This document shows positions 57,957 to 64,000 of a stretch of DNA of 64,000 nt, piece after piece. The notes beneath the pieces were generated by a model. The model was not told the DNA's origin. It was given only the letters and a program-made list of their open reading frames with translations, and made no database searches. The DNA is from Cyanobacteriota bacterium (lineage in GTDB: Bacteria > Cyanobacteriota > Cyanobacteriia > PCC-6307 > Cyanobiaceae). The translations under genes and the position numbers were made by a program. Each line of letters starts with the position of its first letter. The first letter of the stretch is position 1. The stretch is taken from assembly GCA_046052125.1 (NCBI GenBank), contig JBJOMY010000001.1, positions 224,001 through 288,000 of the forward strand, in the 5' to 3' direction.

Positions 57957-59789
57957 TCACAGATCCCAGATGCCCTTCAAAAGTGATACGTATTCACTCT
58001 GATTCTTGCGAACAACATCTGGGGTCCAGCGATCTCCTGCGTTGAGAACTTTCGTTACCGAGGGGAAGGCTGCAACTTTACCGGTTTCATCTTTTCCGGC
58101 TTCATCTTTTCCGGCTTCATCGTCGTTGGCGTTCTTTCGCGACCGGCCCGTAAAATATACCTCTTTCTTTGTTTTAAAGTCATAGTTTTGCGCTTGCGAG
58201 TTCTTCCGCCTGGAAAGCAGCACAAGGTTCCCTATCTTATTCTTTAACTCATCATGATCGTATTCATTCCACTCGGCTTTCCAGTCCCGACTGAGCGTCT
58301 GCGGTGCAACGTGCTCAATCGACGCACGGCGGTGAGAAAGGCTAACGCTAATCCCTCCATCCGCGAGAGCAGAATCAAGCCTTAGCATCACATAGAAAGC
58401 ATGGGGTTCACCATAAAGACTTCCACTAATTATTTCCAGAACTTGTTCTGCATCTTTCTGATTAATAGACTGGTGGAGTGCGGTCAAAGCCTCCTGCTGG
58501 CTTCCGTCAACGGCGGTTAGTGCGGTCAGTATTGGGCCATACCGCCTAGCTCGCTGATTAACATTCTCGCCCAAGATCAGCGAAACAGCAGCCGTGCGCT
58601 CCAGTAGCCTGAAAAAGTCATGAACACCACCCATTTGATAGCGATTTCGACTTAAGAACGAGATAGCGGCGGGTTGCCAGTCTGAATTCCCAATATTCTC
58701 AAGAAGTGGTAAGTAAAGGCGATTAACCTTCTCCCTCCCATCCGGGTTGGGAGTCTCAATGGCCCTCTTTAGAATCAACTCATAGGCATCCGAACTCTCG
58801 ACCAGCACGCTTTCAACGAATTCTTTTGCCACGGCTGGCGTCAAGCTACCGCGGCCTTGGCTTCCGATTTGCAAAACGTCTTTCTTAAAATCGTCAAAGA
58901 GATTCTTGGTGGAGCGTCGCTTAGACTTGATTCGGTGTATGTGCGAGAAGAGAAGCTCGAAATATCGCCTCGACTCTGTGGGGTCATCAGATCCCGATGA
59001 AGCAAGCCTCGTGAGATCCGCTTCTTCTTGCTCCCAAATCTGATTTATATACTCGCGCTCTGTATCGTCGCCAAACTGCTCTAGTATCAAAGCTTTGATT
59101 AGGTCTGAGACTCCCAAAGAGAGCCCTCTATTATTCATCGTCGAAAAAATACGATAAGCACTTTCGAAGTCGGTGCTTGCAACTATTACAAGGCATGCCT
59201 TGTGCTTGACGAAGCCCAGAAAATCTCTGAGTCGGCATGTATCAATCCTGTCTTCAGAGGTAAACTCTTTTTGGATTTCATCCCGCATCAATAGCGCATT
59301 TGAGCGCATGCATTTCTGGCTAGAGGGGAGAACCGCCTCCATCTGGCCTAGAGAGTCAAACTCCTCTGCGCTCCGAATGAACTTATTGAAGAACCAATCG
59401 TCAGAGTTCTTGCCAGTAGATCTGAGCCTGAGGCCAGCGTACCTGCTGTTCGCAGATTCGCTGATTAAAAGAGCAGAAAGGTCAGGCCGATCTTTAACGT
59501 CCACGAGGCTTCGAATAGCGGCTAAGAGTATCGACAGGGTCGTCAGCCTTTGCTGGCCATCAACCACTTCTGCTTCGACTGACGACGAACTTCGCTTGAC
59601 AACAACAATGCTTCCCAGAAAATACTCTTGCTCTGGAGATTCCTCGAAAGCATCAAGAAGATCTTGAACAAGAGACTTTGCCTGCTCTTTCCCCCAGGCG
59701 TAAGGCCTTTGGTAAGCAGGAATAACAAACTGATAATGGCTTGGGCTCAGAATCTCATAGATCTTCTTATGCGCAGCCGAGATTGACAT
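57957..59789 (-). CDS. DUF262 + DUF1524 (GmrSD/SspE-like) putative modification-dependent endonuclease
   Basis: IPAYQRPYAW, VVDGQQRLTT, FSTMNNRG (DUF262); SIEHVAPQ...IGNLVLL...NSQAQN (HNH-like DUF1524); markedly AT-richer than flanks. Confidence 0.88.
   Translation of the reverse strand: MSISAAHKKIYEILSPSHYQFVIPAYQRPYAWGKEQAKSLVQDLLDAFEESPEQEYFLGSIVVVKRSSSSVEAEVVDGQQRLTTLSILLAAIRSLVDVKDRPDLSALLISESANSRYAGLRLRSTGKNSDDWFFNKFIRSAEEFDSLGQMEAVLPSSQKCMRSNALLMRDEIQKEFTSEDRIDTCRLRDFLGFVKHKACLVIVASTDFESAYRIFSTMNNRGLSLGVSDLIKALILEQFGDDTEREYINQIWEQEEADLTRLASSGSDDPTESRRYFELLFSHIHRIKSKRRSTKNLFDDFKKDVLQIGSQGRGSLTPAVAKEFVESVLVESSDAYELILKRAIETPNPDGREKVNRLYLPLLENIGNSDWQPAAISFLSRNRYQMGGVHDFFRLLERTAAVSLILGENVNQRARRYGPILTALTAVDGSQQEALTALHQSINQKDAEQVLEIISGSLYGEPHAFYVMLRLDSALADGGISVSLSHRRASIEHVAPQTLSRDWKAEWNEYDHDELKNKIGNLVLLSRRKNSQAQNYDFKTKKEVYFTGRSRKNANDDEAGKDEAGKDETGKVAAFPSVTKVLNAGDRWTPDVVRKNQSEYVSLLKGIWDL
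58081..58125. repeat. 3 x 15-bp in-frame tandem repeat in the DUF262-DUF1524 gene (DEAGK x2, DETGK)
   Basis: ccggtttcatctttt / ccggcttcatctttt / ccggcttcatcgtcg. Confidence 0.85.
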
Positions 59790-59814
59790 AAATAGCTTTG
59801 GTGTTGGATGAAGG

Positions 59815-60450
59815 CTAGATCGAAAGCGTCAGGGCTGCGAGTTTTCCACTAACAAACGCACCTGTATCAATTCCTATCCGATAGGGGTAGCGAGCCACTG
59901 AGTAATCGCTCCGGTAGGTGTGCCCATGCACAACGGTGAACGGCAGACCGTGATCACCCTTCAGAAACGGGCTGCGTATCCAGAGGAGATCTTCAGGCCG
60001 TTGAGCGGTCAGAGGCACGCCAGGACGGACACCCGCATGAACAAACAGGTAGGAACCGCGCTGCGTGACCAGCGGCAGGCGCTGCAGCCAATCACGGTGG
60101 TCTCGGGCTACGGGCAGGAACGCCACATCTCCACCGTTCCATTCCCAAAGCTCCGTGGCTTCGCCTGGGGTGTCCTCCGCAAGTGCGTCAAGCAGCATCT
60201 GCTCGTGGTTGCCCCGCAGCACCGTGACTCCTGCCAGCCCATAGGCCGCAGCGTTGTCCTGGAGCTCGCGCACGAGCTCAATCACCTCCAAGTCACCATT
60301 CGGCTCAGGGGAACGGTCGATCAGATCACCGAGCAGGATCAGCTCTGCTCCGCTCCCGAGGTGTGGCCAGAGCGCCTCGCGCAGCAACGTCGCGCAGCCA
60401 TGCACATCCCCGATCGCCACCACTGGGGTGTTGGTCTCAGTCGTTGTCAT
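59815..60450 (-). CDS. calcineurin-like metallophosphoesterase (PPP/PphA/lambda-PP-like Ser/Thr phosphatase)
   Basis: GDVHG, GDLIDR, RGNHE, FVHAG, VHGHT, IDTGA; ATG at 60450 overlaps the vWA stop. Confidence 0.9.
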   Translation of the reverse strand: MTTTETNTPVVAIGDVHGCATLLREALWPHLGSGAELILLGDLIDRSPEPNGDLEVIELVRELQDNAAAYGLAGVTVLRGNHEQMLLDALAEDTPGEATELWEWNGGDVAFLPVARDHRDWLQRLPLVTQRGSYLFVHAGVRPGVPLTAQRPEDLLWIRSPFLKGDHGLPFTVVHGHTYRSDYSVARYPYRIGIDTGAFVSGKLAALTLSI

Positions 60451-61690
60451 CAACCGCCTCCCACACGCTGAGGCTGGAGCGCAGCGATTCACGGCGCAGG
60501 CGCTTACGGCTGAGGTTGCGGTCCTGCTGCATCAGCGCACGTTTCTCGGCCAGGAGTTGCCGTTCGCGCTGGATCGCCGCGCTCTGAGGGAGGTCCGCGA
60601 GCCGTTCATCCATGGAGGCAAGGCTGAATAGCGCGCCCTGGAGATCGCCTTGATCCAGGGCCTCGATGGCCTGGCGGCGTTCACGGTTGGCCTGGAGCAG
60701 GGCGAATTGCTCAGCCACAACTGGATCGCACTCCAGATCCAACAGTTCAGCCTTCGGTTGCACCGGCAGGGTGAGGTGCTCCACCAGGCTCTGGCGACCC
60801 TGTTGCTCAGGGCTATCCCAGGCCAGGCGCACGCTGGCGATCTCCTGATTCGCGGCCCAGGCTGGAAGCTCCAGGCGCACACCCACGTGCAGCTCCTGGC
60901 CATGGCGCAGGTTGGGGAGCTGGAAGTTCCCGGCCACGGTCTGCGGCAGATCATTGAGCACATCGACCAGCTCGGCGCCGTGTTTGGCGCGGATGCCGAG
61001 GCTCACCTTGCGGCCGATCGTGCTCGCCAACCCCTGGAGCTCGCTGGCGTAGAGATCGGCAAGCTGCCTGGGGGATTCGATCTGCGCGAGGGTCCCGTCA
61101 CCTGCGGCGGCGATCGCACCCATCAGGTCTTCATCGAACCCGCTGCCCAGGCCAAAGGCGCTGGTGCTGATCCCCCGCTGCGTCAGCCCCTCCACCTTGG
61201 CGGCGATGGCGCCTGCCTCGGTGAGGCCTTCGTTGGCCTGACCATCGGAGAGCAGCATCACCCGGTTGAGCGCTGTTGGATCCAGCTGCTGCGCCACCTG
61301 GGTGGCACCGGCCAGCCATCCGTCGAACAGGGCCGTGCATCCACCAGCGTCGATCGTGTTGATTGCACTGATGAAGGTCAGCGGATCGCGCACCGGTTGC
61401 GAGGGCACCAGCACGTTCACCTCATCGTCAAAGGTGACGATCGCCAGCCGGTCACGCGCCGTGAGCTCACCGGCCAGGAAGCGGGCCGCTTTGCGGGCAT
61501 AGCTGAGCTTGCTCCCGGCCATAGAGCCGGAGCGATCGATCACCAGCGCCAGATTCAGCGGTGGCCGCGGGCGGGTGGACAGCTCTGGCGGCAACGGCGG
61601 AGCGCTGATCTGGATCAGCAGATCCAGGGTGGTGGCGCCATCAGCCGCCACCGCCGGCCGCAGCGGCCGGAAGTACAGGGAGGGTTGCAT
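60437..61690 (-). CDS. von Willebrand factor A (MIDAS) domain protein, YfbK-like
   Basis: PLNLALVIDRSGSM (DxSxS), GGCTAL, LLSDGQAN, FGLG..FDEDL; helical C-terminus. Confidence 0.9.
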   Translation of the reverse strand: MQPSLYFRPLRPAVAADGATTLDLLIQISAPPLPPELSTRPRPPLNLALVIDRSGSMAGSKLSYARKAARFLAGELTARDRLAIVTFDDEVNVLVPSQPVRDPLTFISAINTIDAGGCTALFDGWLAGATQVAQQLDPTALNRVMLLSDGQANEGLTEAGAIAAKVEGLTQRGISTSAFGLGSGFDEDLMGAIAAAGDGTLAQIESPRQLADLYASELQGLASTIGRKVSLGIRAKHGAELVDVLNDLPQTVAGNFQLPNLRHGQELHVGVRLELPAWAANQEIASVRLAWDSPEQQGRQSLVEHLTLPVQPKAELLDLECDPVVAEQFALLQANRERRQAIEALDQGDLQGALFSLASMDERLADLPQSAAIQRERQLLAEKRALMQQDRNLSRKRLRRESLRSSLSVWEAVDDND

Positions 61691-61749
61691 GATTTTGGTT
61701 GAGAAAAACGTTGGGTGATCGGTTCTGCTCGGCCGATCAGAGGAGGAAT

Positions 61750-62403
61750 TCAGTCCTGGTGATCGAGTTGCTCGCGCAGGCGGTCGATCAGTCGATTGAG
61801 CCAGGCCTCACGGCGGGAGCCCGCTGGCGGGATCGAGGCCGATTCGCTGAGGTGCAGCTCCACACCCGGCGCCAGGGAGAAGCGATGCCAGCGGCTCGAG
61901 GACGCACTGCTGCGGCCTGACATCCGGCTGGCCCGCAGCGAGGGCGAGCGACTGCTCAGCGGTGAGCCGAGCAGTGGCAACAGCGACGCTGATGCCTCGC
62001 TCTCGCCACTCGGGTCCGCCTGCAAGTTCTGCAGATAGGCCAGGGCATCGTTGCTGGGCTCCACGGATGAGGCGAGCTGAGCGCTCTCATCGAGTTGGCT
62101 CCACTGCTGCTGAAGTTCAGCGTCACTGCCCACCACCAGGGGGGCAATGGCCGAGAGGCTCAATCCGCGCCGGGCCAGGGTGCGAACCAAGAGCAACTGC
62201 AGCAGATGGCGCTGGCTGTAGAGCGCACGGCGCCCGTCTTTGCCGGGTCGATCGATCAGACCCTCTGTGGCATAGAGGCGCACCGTGCGCGGCGTGATCT
62301 CCTCTCCCAGCCGTTCTCCCGCCAGCTCGAGCAACTGGTCGAGGCCATAAGCAGCCTCATCAGCGCCGTGAGCGGAAGCAGAACCGGAGGGGAGCCTCGC
62401 CAT
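61750..62403 (-). CDS. MerR-family HTH protein
   Basis: YGLDQLLELAG...TPRTVRLYATEGLIDRP...ALYSQRHLLQL...RGLSLSAI; C-terminal WHRFSLAPGVELH; ATG at 62403. Confidence 0.85.
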   Translation of the reverse strand: MARLPSGSASAHGADEAAYGLDQLLELAGERLGEEITPRTVRLYATEGLIDRPGKDGRRALYSQRHLLQLLLVRTLARRGLSLSAIAPLVVGSDAELQQQWSQLDESAQLASSVEPSNDALAYLQNLQADPSGESEASASLLPLLGSPLSSRSPSLRASRMSGRSSASSSRWHRFSLAPGVELHLSESASIPPAGSRREAWLNRLIDRLREQLDHQD

Positions 62404-62409
62404 GCCCGA

Positions 62410-62455
62410 ATGATTACACGCTTGCACTGCAACTGTCAACATCCTGAGTAGGATG
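62410..62455 (-). promoter_or_regulatory. putative sigma70 promoter and operator for the MerR operon
   Basis: Minus strand TTGACA (62439-62434), palindrome TTGCA-G-TGCAA (62432-62422) in the spacer, TGTAATCAT -10-like region; second inverted repeat CATCCT-N4-AGGATG (62440-62455). Confidence 0.5.
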
Positions 62456-62475
62456 GGTGTCTCCACTCGTCTTCC

Positions 62476-62703
62476 ATGCCTCCCCTTCTTGCTTCCCTGG
62501 CCGCTGCTGCTCTGCTCGCGCAGGCCAACCCCCTGATGATCCCCGCCAAAAACGGCAACACCTGCCCGGGCGGCACCAGCTACGCCGGTGCGGGCTACTG
62601 CAAGGTGCGCGGCAATGTTCAGTACTTTCCTGCCAAGAACGGCACGACCTGCCCGGGCGGTAGTTCCTATGCCGGCGCTGGCTATTGCAAGGTGCGCCAG
62701 TGA
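62476..62703 (+). CDS. small secreted protein with two Cys-containing repeats
   Basis: Signal peptide LLAQA; 2 x PAKNGxTCPGGxSYAGAGYCKVR. Confidence 0.75.
   Translation: MPPLLASLAAAALLAQANPLMIPAKNGNTCPGGTSYAGAGYCKVRGNVQYFPAKNGTTCPGGSSYAGAGYCKVRQ
62542..62697 (+). repeat. 69-bp direct repeat x2 (62542-62610, 62629-62697), conserved mainly at protein level
   Basis: Copies differ mostly at synonymous positions. Confidence 0.85.
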
Positions 62704-63365
62704 GCGCCTCAACCCCGGTGATCAGCGCCCGCTACGGAGAGGCCCTGCTCTGGGCAGAAGCGATCCACCGCGACCAGCGCCGTAAGGGCAAAGCCGTGCC
62801 CTACATCTCCCACCTGATCAGCGTCAGCGCCCAGGTATGGGAAGACGGCGGCACGGAAGATCAGGCCATCGCCGCCTTGCTGCACGACGCCATTGAGGAC
62901 GCCGGCCAGAGCCATGCCTCCATTGCAGAACGCTTTGGAGAAGCCGTGGCCGACATCGTGCGCGATTGCACCGACACCAGCGACAACGCACCACCGGGCG
63001 AGAAGGAGCCGTGGCTGCTACGCAAAACCCGCTACATCGCCTCCCTCGAGCACAAGCCCGAGGCCTCTCTGTTGGTGACAGCAGCCGCCAAGGCCCACAA
63101 CGCCGGCGACATGGTGCTCGACGCCAGGCGCGATCCAGCGATGTGGAGCAAGTTCAACGCTGGGCTCGAGGGATCGGCTTGGTATCTGCTGCGGATCCAC
63201 CAGCAGTTGAAACGCCAGCTGCCTCAGAGCCGTTCGGTGGAACGGCTCGGGGAAGCCGTGAGTGAAATCCTCGTGATGGACAGCTACAAACGCCTCGTGC
63301 CAGAGGGGTTCGCACCGGCTGTATGGGCAGCGGGATATGCGGAGCGACTAGGGGCGCAGGAGTGA
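62700..63365 (+). CDS. HD-domain protein, Mesh1/SpoT small alarmone hydrolase-like
   Basis: HRDQRRKG..VPYISHL, AALLHDAIED, CTD, AAKAHN; GTG overlaps the upstream stop. Confidence 0.85.
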   Translation: MSASTPVISARYGEALLWAEAIHRDQRRKGKAVPYISHLISVSAQVWEDGGTEDQAIAALLHDAIEDAGQSHASIAERFGEAVADIVRDCTDTSDNAPPGEKEPWLLRKTRYIASLEHKPEASLLVTAAAKAHNAGDMVLDARRDPAMWSKFNAGLEGSAWYLLRIHQQLKRQLPQSRSVERLGEAVSEILVMDSYKRLVPEGFAPAVWAAGYAERLGAQE

Positions 63366-63982
63366 TTCCCCTGTTCTTGCCTCTAGCAGCCGTTGCCCTA
63401 CTGGCCCAAACCCGCACCGCCACCGTGCTCTCCATCGGTGATGGAGACACCCTGCGGGTGCGCGAGGGCAGCCGCGTCCTGAACGTGCGCCTGGCCTGCA
63501 TCGATGCGCCGGAAACCAGTCAGGCACCCCATGGCGCCAGCGCCCGAACGCAGTTGCAGGTTCTTGCACCGGTTGGGTCAGCCGTTGAGCTGCGGATCAA
63601 AGCCACCGATCGCTACGGCCGCTCTGTGGCAGAGCTGAGCAGGAGCGGCCGCAACCTGAACCAGGCCCTGGTGGCAACCGGTGCAGCGTTTGTGTATTGG
63701 CATTACATCCAAGGCTGCGACCGCCAGACCTACAGCCGCCTGGAAACCGAGGCGCGGCTCAAAGGGCTGGGGGTGTGGTCCGTAAAGGGTGGAGTCCTGA
63801 GGCCATGGGACTACCGCTCGAAACAACGCCAACCCAGCAGCAATTCCTCTATCCCCTCAGGTCAGAAGTACACCTGTAGCCAGATCGGCTCGTACGACCG
63901 AGCACAGGTGCTGTTGCAACAGGGCCACAGCTATCTCGATCGCGATGGCGACGGCGTGGCTTGCGAGGGCTTACGGGGATAG
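63362..63982 (+). CDS. secreted thermonuclease (SNase) with C-terminal Excalibur Ca-binding domain
   Basis: Signal; GDGDTL, RLACIDAPE, DRYGR, PWDYR; TCSQ...LDRDGDGVACE. Confidence 0.9.
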   Translation: MIPLFLPLAAVALLAQTRTATVLSIGDGDTLRVREGSRVLNVRLACIDAPETSQAPHGASARTQLQVLAPVGSAVELRIKATDRYGRSVAELSRSGRNLNQALVATGAAFVYWHYIQGCDRQTYSRLETEARLKGLGVWSVKGGVLRPWDYRSKQRQPSSNSSIPSGQKYTCSQIGSYDRAQVLLQQGHSYLDRDGDGVACEGLRG

Positions 63983-64000
63983 GGGAGACCCGCCAGAGGG

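Larger units (their letters stand above)
54290..64000. other. accessory/defence-like genomic island (extends beyond the window)
   Basis: Abrupt switch from core genes to nucleases, a helicase, vWA, a phosphatase and an HD hydrolase; lower GC; no integrase or att site seen. Confidence 0.6.

Noticed and set aside
1..64000. CRISPR arrays, rRNA, transposases, prophage structural genes
   Set aside because: None seen: no regularly spaced repeat-spacer pattern and no corresponding protein motifs.

Overview
High-GC picocyanobacterial chromosome (Cyanobium/Vulcanococcus/Synechococcus-like; inferred from gene content and order). About 1-54.3 kb is mostly core genome: coaD, a DivIVA-like gene, dacB, iscS, dapF, hfq, leuS, pgi, purN, argC, ribBA, mtnP, murQ, dnaJ/dnaK3, pstCAB, tRNA-Ser(GGA), suhB, hisZ, htpG, a sugar ABC transporter with mscS, rpmB, csaB, a pyrF-pyrE fusion and an ABC-2 exporter. 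It also holds a Yfr2-type sRNA (44438-44523), a candidate Yfr1/Yfr10-like sRNA carrying the complementary CUCCUCACAC motif (~42557-42606), and several small ORFs missing from the ORF track. From ~54.3 kb to the end lies an accessory, defence-like island. On the minus strand is a tightly packed five-gene operon: MerR-HTH, vWA, PPP metallophosphoesterase, an AT-rich DUF262-DUF1524/GmrSD-like nuclease, and a TM0106 RecB-nuclease/exonuclease/SF1 helicase. Divergent from it are a secreted Cys-repeat microprotein, a Mesh1/SpoT-like HD protein lacking a conserved Asp, and a thermonuclease-Excalibur gene. This island is the best candidate for an undescribed system. All calls come from reading motifs by eye; no database searches were run.
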